In this document: one piece after another, positions 54,871 through 64,000 of the stretch | Position numbering within the stretch: position 1 is the stretch's first letter | Layout: every line of letters starts with the position of its first letter | Sequence record: LC819007.1 | Reading direction: 5' to 3' (one strand) | DNA: 64,000 bases | Translations under genes and position numbers: made by a program | The notes under the pieces: generated by a model | What the model was told of the DNA's origin: nothing | Database searches by the model: none | Seen by the model: only the letters and a program-made list of their open reading frames with translations

Positions 54871-56028
54871 CTATACCAGTTCCGCGAGCTTGCGCTCAGC
54901 GAGGTTAAAGATCTCTGGGTCCAATCCCATCAGAGCCAGCTTCTCGGACATCAACTTCTGTACGTTCTGCCGCGTGATCTCGATCGGTGTGTAATCCATC
55001 GCTTTCTGCAACATTTCTGTTTGTTCTGCAATGGACTTGTCTTCATCCGCTTTACCCAATCCCGTCCAGAAGAAATGGGGATGGTCCTTTTCATACTGCA
55101 CGACAGCTTGCAGGATGGGATTGCCCTTATCCGCCAGAATCCGGATATGAGAGCCATCGGGTAGCGGCTCGATCGCAGTGAGAATTTTCTCATGAGACGC
55201 TTCGACATCCAGCATCTTGCAATCGACCGTATGGAAGATCTTGGCATCCTCGGTTTCCACGAACTGAATCTCGTAGTCATCCGCTGAACGCACAATCGCA
55301 CGCACGTGACCTTTCGCACCTTCTTCGCCATGCGAGATTCGATCAAACGAACCCTGCGCGATAATCCGGTCGAGCCGATTGAAGATGTGCACGTGACCGA
55401 TAAAGATCAGATACCGCACCAGGGCCAGATACGCTTCGGCCGAGTGTTTCTGCGCTTTCACCACTGGCGGCAATTGGAACTCAAACTGCCCGTGCATGAT
55501 GGCGTAATCCACCTTGTCGATACCCTGCTGACGCATCAGGTCTTTGACTTCATCCAGCGTTTTGTCTGCATCATCCGTCCATTCATCCGGCACGAACAAC
55601 ACGTGAATACTGAACTTTGGCATCCAGACGATTCGCAGCGTATCCACGTACAGCAGATCTGCATTGATATCCATGACTTTGTTCAGCCACTCAAAGCGAG
55701 CCGACTGATCCCGGTCATGACTGGGTGTACCGCGCAGCACCCACAGCTGAATATCCAGCGCCTTACACAAGCGCAGCATGTAGATGATCCACTCATCAAT
55801 CACGCTTACGTGGTCCTGCGGCAGGTTCAGTAAGTGGTCGTAGACGTCCCCTGCTAAAACAATTACATCCAACTTCGCGGTTTCCGCATCGCGCGGAAAC
55901 CGCTTCTTCAGTCTTTCCACCATTTCCTCGGGTGGGTTTTTCCCATGCCCGAGGTGGAGGTCGCTGGTCGAGGCGATGCGAAAATCCTTACGCGTGACCA
56001 GCAGTTCTTGTTCAGAGGAGGTCGCCAT
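54871..56028 (-). CDS. sbcD: SbcD/Mre11-like metallophosphoesterase nuclease
   Basis: SDLHLG, LAGDVYD, LRGTPSHD, MHG and GHVH motifs; start moved to ATG 56028. Confidence 0.88.
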   Translation of the reverse strand: MATSSEQELLVTRKDFRIASTSDLHLGHGKNPPEEMVERLKKRFPRDAETAKLDVIVLAGDVYDHLLNLPQDHVSVIDEWIIYMLRLCKALDIQLWVLRGTPSHDRDQSARFEWLNKVMDINADLLYVDTLRIVWMPKFSIHVLFVPDEWTDDADKTLDEVKDLMRQQGIDKVDYAIMHGQFEFQLPPVVKAQKHSAEAYLALVRYLIFIGHVHIFNRLDRIIAQGSFDRISHGEEGAKGHVRAIVRSADDYEIQFVETEDAKIFHTVDCKMLDVEASHEKILTAIEPLPDGSHIRILADKGNPILQAVVQYEKDHPHFFWTGLGKADEDKSIAEQTEMLQKAMDYTPIEITRQNVQKLMSEKLALMGLDPEIFNLAERKLAELV

Positions 56029-56605
56029 CGTTGAAGTCGAGTTGCGGCTTCTCCTTGCTTTCGGGTGAACCATCAGCGGAACTGCCGTCCGCCACCGTGC
56101 CGTCGAGCTTCAGAGTCTTGCCGTAGCGAGCCAGGATTGCGTTCCAGCGCTCCTGACGCTTTTTGATGATTTCATCGCGGTTTGTTGCAATACCACGTCC
56201 ATTAAATTCATGTTCGAGGTACATTTCTGCGCGACGCGGCGACTGATGCGAAAGCATAGCGACGGTGATCATCATCGACTGCAGGGAACCGCGCTTCTCG
56301 GCCTGGATTCGACTGAAGATATTTCGCTCCAGCAACGCTGGCATTCTGAAGAGTACGTTTCCTTCGGCATCAAGAACATCGACTTCAGAGAACGGACTGC
56401 CGGCCACAGCCGCCATCAGCAACGGAAATTCCGTGCTGACGACGTCACCGCTGAGGATGGGCAATATTTCTTTTACGAATGTACCTTCGGGAATCTGCTT
56501 CACTTCCGCATCCACAACAAGTGCTTTGTGGATGTTGGTGATGTCGCTTGCAAGCTTCTGTTCCTTGAAGCTTTGCATGCCACTTTTAGGCTGCTGTTGG
56601 GACAT
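56012..56605 (-). CDS. Conserved hypothetical protein
   Basis: 197-aa ORF overlapping the SbcD-like start by 17 nt. Confidence 0.65.
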   Translation of the reverse strand: MSQQQPKSGMQSFKEQKLASDITNIHKALVVDAEVKQIPEGTFVKEILPILSGDVVSTEFPLLMAAVAGSPFSEVDVLDAEGNVLFRMPALLERNIFSRIQAEKRGSLQSMMITVAMLSHQSPRRAEMYLEHEFNGRGIATNRDEIIKKRQERWNAILARYGKTLKLDGTVADGSSADGSPESKEKPQLDFNDGDLL

Positions 56606-56693
56606 AGCGGCACAAAACCTTTATAAAAAGGAGAGGGGAATGGGAGTAGGAGTATGTTTGCATACAATACTACTCCCGAATCGAAAAACGCTT

Positions 56694-57275
56694 TTACAGC
56701 AGATCGTGATTCACAGCGGGCAGCTGGTTCTCGCTCGCTTGCGGTTGCGCTTCGCCAGTCGGCGCATCCGGAGGCGTGTCTTGCGACAGACCGGTTTCTT
56801 CCGGCTTGAAGTAATCCGACACCACTGTGCAGCACATCAGCGACACACCATCGCCCTTGAGCACGTTGCCCAGCTGACGAATGATTTCGTTGCCCAGCTG
56901 ATCCGGTACGGCGACAAAGCGCGTCTTGCGCAGATCGAACTCGTCGGGCTGGTAGGCGTTGAACGAGAAGTTGCGCGCACCGTCCAGTGCGGTGCTGGCC
57001 GTGATCAGGATGAGGAAGCTCTGCTTGGAGAAGAGCCAGCGGTGTGTGAGTAGTGCCGCGGTCGTATCGCCCGGCATCATCACTTCCGGCTTGCAGAGAA
57101 CTTCTTCCGGACGAATCGGCAAATACGGCGTGGAGTTGTTGAACAACAGGCTGCCGATGTGGCGCATTGCTTCACCCACCGTACGATTGACATGACGGGG
57201 ATCTTCGACAGCGTGGCCGACTTCGTGCTCCACCATGTCGTGGATGAATTTCTGCAGGTCGTTGGGTTTATCCAT
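56694..57275 (-). CDS. Hypothetical protein
   Basis: 193-aa ORF with GAGG RBS, 8-nt overlap with the upstream gene. Confidence 0.6.
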   Translation of the reverse strand: MDKPNDLQKFIHDMVEHEVGHAVEDPRHVNRTVGEAMRHIGSLLFNNSTPYLPIRPEEVLCKPEVMMPGDTTAALLTHRWLFSKQSFLILITASTALDGARNFSFNAYQPDEFDLRKTRFVAVPDQLGNEIIRQLGNVLKGDGVSLMCCTVVSDYFKPEETGLSQDTPPDAPTGEAQPQASENQLPAVNHDLL

Positions 57276-57672
57276 TATTCACCTCGGTAATTGCTTTGAA
57301 CTTACCGTTAAAGTAAGTGAGCAAGCGGTTGGCGGTGTAGGTCACACCGTCCTCTGTAAAATTCAGAGCCAGTGTAATTTTTACCGTCGTTTGCGACTCA
57401 TTCGGATTGTCCAGCGCAAACTTGGCTTCCGCAATCACATTTTCGTAATAGCGGCCGAGGTACAGCTGAATGGACCGTGCAATCTGATCGGCAGTGGTGA
57501 GCGGGTCACCCGAATACTGTTCGATCGTGTATTGCAGGTTCGAAAGGTTACCGCGATACACATTGGACTGTTCCTGATCGGTACTGATCCAGTTGGCGAG
57601 CAACAGGTCGATCTTGGAGGACAGTTCAGTCACCCAACCTTGGGTGGACAACGAAGGAACTGGAATGGCCAT
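57268..57672 (-). CDS. Conserved small protein (possibly gp25-like baseplate fold)
   Basis: Start moved to ATG 57672 (MAIPVPSLSTQGW); the fold guess is low confidence. Confidence 0.55.
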   Translation of the reverse strand: MAIPVPSLSTQGWVTELSSKIDLLLANWISTDQEQSNVYRGNLSNLQYTIEQYSGDPLTTADQIARSIQLYLGRYYENVIAEAKFALDNPNESQTTVKITLALNFTEDGVTYTANRLLTYFNGKFKAITEVNNG

Positions 57673-57763
57673 GATAAAAAGAAAAAGAGTTGACATAAGA
57701 GCCCATACCATGCGCACCACCCGAGGGCGGCGCACACGGTATGGGTTAGCCTATGCCGGCTTG

Positions 57764-58066
57764 TTACAGCGACAGCGGACAGTCAAAGGTCCAGCCGAGA
57801 TCTTTGTACTGTGCTGCAAGCTGGCGACCATACGAGGACGCTTCAGCATGCGAGCCAAAATCGGCGACGGCCAAGAGGCGGCCATCCACGTGACGCACGT
57901 ACGTCGAGACGAACTCGGGGTTCGTGTCGTCAATCTGCACTTCTTGCTTGCCGTTGGCGTCCTTCTCACCAACGCTGCGAACGCCGTGTACCTCGACGCC
58001 TTTGAAGTTTTCCGGAACACCAAGGATCACTTGGGACGCGTAAATCTGAGCTTCGAACGTTTGCAT
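57764..58066 (-). CDS. Hypothetical protein (100 aa)
   Basis: Start moved to ATG 58066 with an AAGGA RBS; flanked by hairpins on both sides. Confidence 0.55.
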   Translation of the reverse strand: MQTFEAQIYASQVILGVPENFKGVEVHGVRSVGEKDANGKQEVQIDDTNPEFVSTYVRHVDGRLLAVADFGSHAEASSYGRQLAAQYKDLGWTFDCPLSL

Positions 58067-58128
58067 ACTACTTTCCTTTCTGTGGTTAAGGGCATAGAGT
58101 GGCGGGTTTCCCCGCCACGCCATGATTG

Positions 58129-58749
58129 TTACAGACTTGCGCCGTATTGACTGGTCGGGTCCTGCTCGCCAGCTTCATACGCGGCTTCAGCGGCCTCGTG
58201 CGTGTCGAGAATCGCTGCTACCTTACGCAGAGTCAACATCTTGTCGCGATCGTCAGGACGGTCCGCATACAGACTGTACTGCCACGATTGAGTCTCGTGT
58301 TCCACGAACACGCCATTCATCAACTGACGATAGGCTTCTTGTTCATGGCCGACGCGACCGGGTTCCGGATCGACATAGGTATCGCTGTAACCTTCCAGCT
58401 TACCGTCGTACCACGCCTGCCTAATCACGGGGGAAGTCATCACCCAGCCCTGCATCAGACTTTGGGCTGCCTGCAGCTGCGGAATCGTCAGCAACGGCTC
58501 AATCATATCTTGTCCCATCATGGACTCCATCTGATTGAGCACAGCTTCCGCGGCAATCACCGCCGCGTCACTGTTGATTGCATCGAACATGGCCATGGAC
58601 CGTTCATAGATCCGTTTGCCATATTCCGTTCCCGCACTCGCCAGAGAATTGATCTGGTTCTGCAGATAATTCACCGTGTTACTGCTCAATGTCCCGAACA
58701 AGCCTTTCCCGAACAAGGAACCTGTTGGGGCGGCGACGAGTCGTGCCAT
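58129..58749 (-). CDS. Conserved nucleus-block protein (possibly phiKZ gp59/Imp3-like)
   Basis: 206 aa right after the nvRNAP beta-prime N gene; WYDGKLEGYSDTY; AAGGA RBS; identity by synteny only. Confidence 0.55.
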   Translation of the reverse strand: MARLVAAPTGSLFGKGLFGTLSSNTVNYLQNQINSLASAGTEYGKRIYERSMAMFDAINSDAAVIAAEAVLNQMESMMGQDMIEPLLTIPQLQAAQSLMQGWVMTSPVIRQAWYDGKLEGYSDTYVDPEPGRVGHEQEAYRQLMNGVFVEHETQSWQYSLYADRPDDRDKMLTLRKVAAILDTHEAAEAAYEAGEQDPTSQYGASL

Positions 58750-58789
58750 CTCTTTCCTTTATGTACCGAAATCCGAACTGCGCTTGCGA

Positions 58790-60319
58790 TCAGTGCATTT
58801 GAGCGATGGGTGGTGGCGCATCCGGCAAAGCCATCATGCGCGCCAACGCTGACTGATCAAGTTCTTCATCCGTGGTTTCCATCCAGTTGGATGTGGTGCC
58901 CACCACCGTCTTGGAATGCTCCAACGCAGACGAGATGGCTCGGATGTTGTCCAGGCTGAACGAGTTCTTGTACGGCGCCAGATTCTTGAGCGCATTGGCA
59001 ATGTAGCCGTCCAGTGCAAGCGTGAACTGGAGTGCGTCACCGTCAAAGTCGCAGTTAAGCGGCCTGACGATCAGAATCGACATCGACACCGTTTGTCCTT
59101 CGTCCGGCGCTTTCACGCGGGCGATGAACACAGCCTGAATGGAACCCCGCTTAAGCGAAGGCGGACGATTCAGCGTCGCAGCGATACCACGCGGGTCCGG
59201 TGATTCAGCGATCAACTCTTTGAAGAGGTGATCCATCAACGGATGATACGTGGTGGCGTAGCGGTGCAGGAAGTCCTGTGCTTCGTTCGGCGTGAATCCC
59301 AACTTATACAGCTTGTTGGTCAAATGCAGCTGGAACACCGAAGTTGCCACACCCCACGGGATATAAATCTGCTCGTGATGATGCGGTTCGGTGATGGATG
59401 CCACCACAGCCCGGAAGCTGAAGTGACTACGCGTGGCGAACACGTGTTTCCGGAAGATCCCTTCCTTCTTCGCGAGTCGCTTACTGCACACGTAGTAGTA
59501 ATACTCGGCAAGACGCGCAACCGCACGTACTGCACGAGATTCCCGCAGCCGCAAACTGGTGGTCAGTTCGCCCTTCGACGACGGCGTATCGATGCCCGCA
59601 AGCGTGAGCACCGCATTGATCGCTTTCGGCGTGAATTCGTCGAGATACACGCCGCCAGATGTCCCGTCTTCCACCACCAACAACGACCGATGCGGAATCG
59701 GCAGATGGGAGGCAAACAGGCAATCCGGGTTTTCGTCCAGCATCTTGCGCAGGAAATCGGTCGTAACACGGCCTTTAACTCGCGACTTAAAGATGTTCAA
59801 CGAGAACAGGAATTCCTTGATCCCACCGGGACCATCCCATTTCTCGATGAAGTTGTTCAGCCCGCGCTCGAACGGCAATTGATCCGTAATCGGCGTGAAC
59901 TTGCCCACCTGGTTCTCAGGAACACGATACTGCGTATCCGTAAGATATTGAATCAGGTTAAAAGAACCAATACTGAAGCGCTCGCTCAGCATCGTCCAGA
60001 CGATCGGATTGATCAGACCGTTGACGCCTGCTGGGGCGCGAATCCACGTAACCGTCTCCAGTTCTTCCGCCACCACCTCTCGCACTTCGGTGAAGCAGAA
60101 GGGACATGTAGTCCTTAGTCGAAATTCCCCTTTGCTCTTGCCGCACGTGCACGATGGCACGTTGGAGAGCATGTCCGGTGTATGGCGCGTATAGATCGTC
60201 TTGTGGATCATCTCCATGTTCTGCTCGGTGAACGCGGGCAGATCATTGACGATTACGGGCTCTACGGACAGGGTTCTGTGGACATAATTAAAGTCCACGA
60301 GACTCTGATGAATACCCAT
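58790..60319 (-). CDS. Non-virion RNA polymerase beta-prime subunit, N-terminal catalytic part (phiKZ gp55-like), uninterrupted
   Basis: Zinc finger CTCG...CPFC, GIFRKHVFATRSHFSFRAV, LNRPPSL and catalytic PLNCDFDGD. Confidence 0.92.
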   Translation of the reverse strand: MGIHQSLVDFNYVHRTLSVEPVIVNDLPAFTEQNMEMIHKTIYTRHTPDMLSNVPSCTCGKSKGEFRLRTTCPFCFTEVREVVAEELETVTWIRAPAGVNGLINPIVWTMLSERFSIGSFNLIQYLTDTQYRVPENQVGKFTPITDQLPFERGLNNFIEKWDGPGGIKEFLFSLNIFKSRVKGRVTTDFLRKMLDENPDCLFASHLPIPHRSLLVVEDGTSGGVYLDEFTPKAINAVLTLAGIDTPSSKGELTTSLRLRESRAVRAVARLAEYYYYVCSKRLAKKEGIFRKHVFATRSHFSFRAVVASITEPHHHEQIYIPWGVATSVFQLHLTNKLYKLGFTPNEAQDFLHRYATTYHPLMDHLFKELIAESPDPRGIAATLNRPPSLKRGSIQAVFIARVKAPDEGQTVSMSILIVRPLNCDFDGDALQFTLALDGYIANALKNLAPYKNSFSLDNIRAISSALEHSKTVVGTTSNWMETTDEELDQSALARMMALPDAPPPIAQMH

Positions 60320-60430
60320 AAGACCAGTGGTGAGTTGTGACTTGTGGAAAGAAAAAAAGAAAGCCGCCGAAGCGGCTTCCTTCTACTTCAGAACACTCGG
60401 CCGAGGATTGCTCCTCGGCTGTTGTGCTCC

Positions 60431-62539
60431 TTAGTAGTTGCCCGTGCCACCGACGTTGGTGGTGCGAGCGTGCGCGTAGCGACCGAACGAGCCGGCCGAC
60501 ACACCTGCTGCAGCGTTGCGACGCATGCCCGACGGCACGAACGAACCAGCCGAACCCAGGCCCGTCGGCAGGTTGCGCATGTACGGTGCAACCATACGTG
60601 CGGTGCCCTGCGGTGCCGAGACGCCGACCTTCGTTTCGTACACGACGCCAGCTTCCGCGACAGCGGCGGCCAGTGCGTAGATGAACGTCGGGTTGAACGT
60701 CACGCGAACCGAGCGACCGGTGATGGTCATCGATTCGAACATGCCTTGCTGGATACGACGCGTTTCCGTCAGACGGAACATCGGATCGACTTCTGCGTTG
60801 GCCTGCAGGTTCGACCAGTCGTTGATGGTGTCCAGCTCGCTGTCGCCCGTTGCGTTGAGCGTGCAGAGGTAGTCACCGTCGCGGATGTCGCGCTTGCCGC
60901 CGGCCGCGAAGTAGAAACCGTTGTTCACGTACATGTTGTCGTTGAACACCGGTGCCTTCATCTGGCCGCCGTTTGCTGCCTTGTAGATCGGCGTGAACTT
61001 GCCGCCCGTCAGCAGGTCGCTTGCGTCGAACAGGTCCTTGATGGCGTTCTGGTCACCGCGTGCAGCTGCAGCGAACACTGCCGTGATCCAGCTCGACGGA
61101 CCGCTTTCCGGCACGTCCATGGAGATGAGCAGCGGCTCCATGTGGAAGTACGTCTGGATGACGGCTGCCAGTGCTGCGTCGTTGATCTGCGCGCTGTTGA
61201 GCGGCAGACGACCGGCCTTCGGCAGTTCGCCGCCGATGTAGCCGAGCGGCATTTGCTGCGGTGCTTCCAGGCCGATTGCCGACAGGTCGCGGATGTTCAT
61301 GCCGCCTTCCTGATGGCTCGCGCCGTTCTTGTGCTGCTGAATCAACGCGCCGATCCAACGGTTTTCGTTGTACAGCGATTGCGTCGTCGCGAGACCCTGC
61401 AGGATCACCGGCAGTTCGCACACGTCGTCCGGTGCATCGATGTTCGTGATGACCAGGCGCGGCGTGTAGATCTTCAGCTGATCAGCCGTTTGTGCCATGT
61501 TGCCCAGACCACCCAGTGCTGCGGGTGCGCTGGCCGACGACGGCGTCGACGTCAGGTCGATGTAGCCGAGGATCTGCGTGAGCAGCGTCTTCGCTTGCGA
61601 CGTGTTGTACTGGAACTCGCCGGTGTTCTGGGTTTGCTGCTTGCCCGTCAGCATCGACATTTCCAGCACGACGTCACCGCGCACCGGCTGGCCGTTCAGG
61701 TCGACGAAGTGACCCCACGACGACTTGATTTCGTTCTGGAACGTCTGTTGCGCCATTTCCGGCGTGATCGTCCACGAATCTTCGGCGACCATCGTCGCGA
61801 GCAGCACCGACGTTGCCGTCGTGGCATTCGCGATCACGTTGCGGACTGCTTCTTCCGAGCGCAGGTCCAGGTCGGCCGGCACGACGTTCGATTCTGCGTC
61901 GATCAGCGTGTAACCGCGGAACTTGTCCTGGATGATCTGCACAACACGGCCGCGCAGCGTCGCGTCGTATGCGTCCGCCGGAACGATCAGGCGTTCGAAC
62001 TTGATGCCGTTGCCGAATTGCGCTTCGACAGCGGTCTGGCCGCGCGCGGTTTGCGCGAGCAGCAGCGTGTGGTACGCGACGTACTTTTCAGCCGAGTTTT
62101 CCTGGCCCTTCAGCGTTGCTGCGACGACGAACGCCGAAATCAGCAGGCCTTCCTTCTCGCCGTCCAGCGCGAAGTAGTCGAACTTGACCGGCTGCTCGAC
62201 TTCGCTCTCGGCGATCTTGTCGGTCACTTCGACGATGGCGCGCATGGCCTGCGACGTAGCAGCGCGGGAGATGCCGTAGTTTTGACGGGTCGAGATCATG
62301 TTGCGGATTCCTTGCGATTGAGTATTGTTGGTGGTTTGTTGCGAAGCGGGTTGCTGGGTTTTCGGTGCGGCACCCTGCGTGCCGGTGGTCGTGCCAGCCG
62401 CGGCGGCGAAGCTCTGCTTCTTGCCGTGTTGCGCGGGCTGGTGTGCCGGTTTCGATTCAGACGTCGACGCCGATTTGTCGGCAGCCTTGTTGTCCTTGTC
62501 GTTACCGTTGCTACCGTCGTCATCGACTTCGATTGCCAT
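60431..62539 (-). CDS. chmA: Chimallin, phage nuclear shell protein
   Basis: 702 aa immediately upstream of the nvRNAP beta-prime N gene; disordered N-terminus, PRLVIT core, C-terminal SFGRY tail; AAGGA RBS and early promoter. Confidence 0.85.
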   Translation of the reverse strand: MAIEVDDDGSNGNDKDNKAADKSASTSESKPAHQPAQHGKKQSFAAAAGTTTGTQGAAPKTQQPASQQTTNNTQSQGIRNMISTRQNYGISRAATSQAMRAIVEVTDKIAESEVEQPVKFDYFALDGEKEGLLISAFVVAATLKGQENSAEKYVAYHTLLLAQTARGQTAVEAQFGNGIKFERLIVPADAYDATLRGRVVQIIQDKFRGYTLIDAESNVVPADLDLRSEEAVRNVIANATTATSVLLATMVAEDSWTITPEMAQQTFQNEIKSSWGHFVDLNGQPVRGDVVLEMSMLTGKQQTQNTGEFQYNTSQAKTLLTQILGYIDLTSTPSSASAPAALGGLGNMAQTADQLKIYTPRLVITNIDAPDDVCELPVILQGLATTQSLYNENRWIGALIQQHKNGASHQEGGMNIRDLSAIGLEAPQQMPLGYIGGELPKAGRLPLNSAQINDAALAAVIQTYFHMEPLLISMDVPESGPSSWITAVFAAAARGDQNAIKDLFDASDLLTGGKFTPIYKAANGGQMKAPVFNDNMYVNNGFYFAAGGKRDIRDGDYLCTLNATGDSELDTINDWSNLQANAEVDPMFRLTETRRIQQGMFESMTITGRSVRVTFNPTFIYALAAAVAEAGVVYETKVGVSAPQGTARMVAPYMRNLPTGLGSAGSFVPSGMRRNAAAGVSAGSFGRYAHARTTNVGGTGNY

Positions 62540-62621
62540 GATGCTGTTCCTTTACTAATGATGGTTAGATAAACAGGCTCTGCAGAGCTGTCTTGGAGCA
62601 TAGCGCACTGATACTCCAAGA

Positions 62622-62631
62622 TAGTAATATG
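62622..62631 (-). promoter_or_regulatory. Early (virion RNAP) promoter CATATTACTA
   Basis: Third identical copy, about 83 nt upstream of the chimallin ATG. Confidence 0.7.
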
Positions 62632-62886
62632 AGACTCAAAAATCTTTGAATCCAATTCCATCAGGTAGACAGCGTATGCCGAGGTGCCGCGACATCATAG
62701 TCGCGGGCAGAAGAGTGCACTTTGGCGGATTCTCTTCTACATAAAGATATATGGTGGTAAATTTTAACCTTTGTTCTTATTCTCCGTATGAAACACGGGT
62801 GAGCCACCCAATCTTGTAGACAAATTCAGCGGGACTCCCACTCTCAGAGGCCCAGCACCCAGAACTCACTATAGTCAGATCTAGCT

Positions 62887-63966
62887 ATGCAAAGCCTCTT
62901 TCGTCTTGAGCCCGATACCAATACGGGAAGTATTGAATTGCGGCAATGGCGGTACGCCAGTGATGGCTTGCTTCAGAACGTCGACAAAGTCGAGCAGTTC
63001 TACCGCGATTACCCCATCGCCGTTTCTGGCTCCCACCTTCTGGTACGCTTAATCCAGACGGTCAACGTGAGCCGCACACTCCCCTTCGATCGATATATCG
63101 CTAACTGCAGCGCTCGGTCATTGAATGTTGCACAGGCGTTAAAAATCACTTCAGCCCTAGGTAAGGGTCAGATGTGGGATGGCGTCTTCTACGGTGGCGC
63201 GCAGGAGATCATCCTCGCCCACGACACGTATTTCAACCTGCAGGACGCATACACCAACTGGAAAGACCTGCAACCCATCACGGTTTTGCTGCATCCTGAG
63301 TCGAATACGAATCTGCTGATCCCCGACGGTCGCAAGAACTCGCTCGATACGGGTGTGGCGGTCATTGCGGTGAACGTGCCGATGCTGATGGCCCAGTATT
63401 ACTGTTTTAATCAGGAACAGGACCAGAACGAACTGAACGGTAACCCTCGCCGGACTCTGTATCAGTTCATCCACAGCTATCCGCTGACGAATATGATCCG
63501 CACCCAGCTGGATAGCGCGTGTTTCAACCGTCTGTATAACCGTACGACGGGTACACCGAACGTGGATGCGATCCGCAAGCACAGTTTCTTCCTGATTGAC
63601 TACGATCAGGCGCTGGATACGACGGCAGAACAACAACTGGCGTGGCTGCGTCAGCAAAAACGGCGTTTTCCAGGCTTGATGGCGGCGACCAAACTGCCAA
63701 TCTGTGGTGATTTGTGGGAATTCTCGCGTATGCCGACAGTTCCCTACACGCTGCAGGTGTTTTGGGCCCTGACTGTTGCACGGATGAAGGAAGTAGCGTT
63801 CATGTGTTTGGCCATGAAGGACATCGAGACCAGTAACAAGCGGGAACTGGACACCATTCGTTGGTTGATGAAGCTCCATCAGACCAAACAGGTGGTCAAG
63901 AACTCGATGGGTATGGAAGCGTGGTTCAACGTAGCGCCTTACTTCGACATCGTCGGCATTGAGTGA
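62887..63966 (+). CDS. Conserved phiKZ-like core protein divergent from chimallin (probably virion structural)
   Basis: 359-aa ORF; position matches the conserved gene upstream of chmA in phiKZ-like phages. Confidence 0.65.
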   Translation: MQSLFRLEPDTNTGSIELRQWRYASDGLLQNVDKVEQFYRDYPIAVSGSHLLVRLIQTVNVSRTLPFDRYIANCSARSLNVAQALKITSALGKGQMWDGVFYGGAQEIILAHDTYFNLQDAYTNWKDLQPITVLLHPESNTNLLIPDGRKNSLDTGVAVIAVNVPMLMAQYYCFNQEQDQNELNGNPRRTLYQFIHSYPLTNMIRTQLDSACFNRLYNRTTGTPNVDAIRKHSFFLIDYDQALDTTAEQQLAWLRQQKRRFPGLMAATKLPICGDLWEFSRMPTVPYTLQVFWALTVARMKEVAFMCLAMKDIETSNKRELDTIRWLMKLHQTKQVVKNSMGMEAWFNVAPYFDIVGIE

Positions 63967-64000
63967 CGGCATAAAAGCGAGAGCGGGCATTTCGCCCGCT

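Noticed and set aside
42730-60319. Group I introns or inteins in the RNAP genes, as occur in phiKZ
   Set aside because: All nvRNAP ORFs are continuous with expected sizes; no HNH/LAGLIDADG ORF or intein termini were seen.

Overview
The window reads as about 64 kb of a nucleus-forming, phiKZ-like jumbo phage genome (Chimalliviridae), GC-rich and mostly coded on the minus strand. From right to left it holds: (1) the phage-nucleus/transcription block: chimallin (ChmA), the non-virion RNA polymerase subunits, SbcD-like nuclease, ChmC-like and PicA-like proteins, and an SF2 helicase; (2) an accessory zone with a lysine-rich histone-H1-like protein, a Cys phosphatase, a muramidase, an RLIG1/DUF5565-like RNA ligase next to a tRNA-like element, and a virion RNAP beta-prime fragment; (3) a gene pair joined by a likely programmed -1 frameshift, then a ~410-nt candidate structured ncRNA, a GNAT and a cassette of glycine-rich/lectin fibre-like genes; (4) the exonuclease half of a split family-B DNA polymerase; (5) a long head/inner-body and baseplate cluster with many (S/A/G)-x-E prohead-protease sites. 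Homolog names come from motifs and synteny recalled from the literature, not from searches. Several starts were moved from the ORF track to RBS-supported codons. No CRISPR array, transposase, integrase, canonical tRNA or rRNA was seen.
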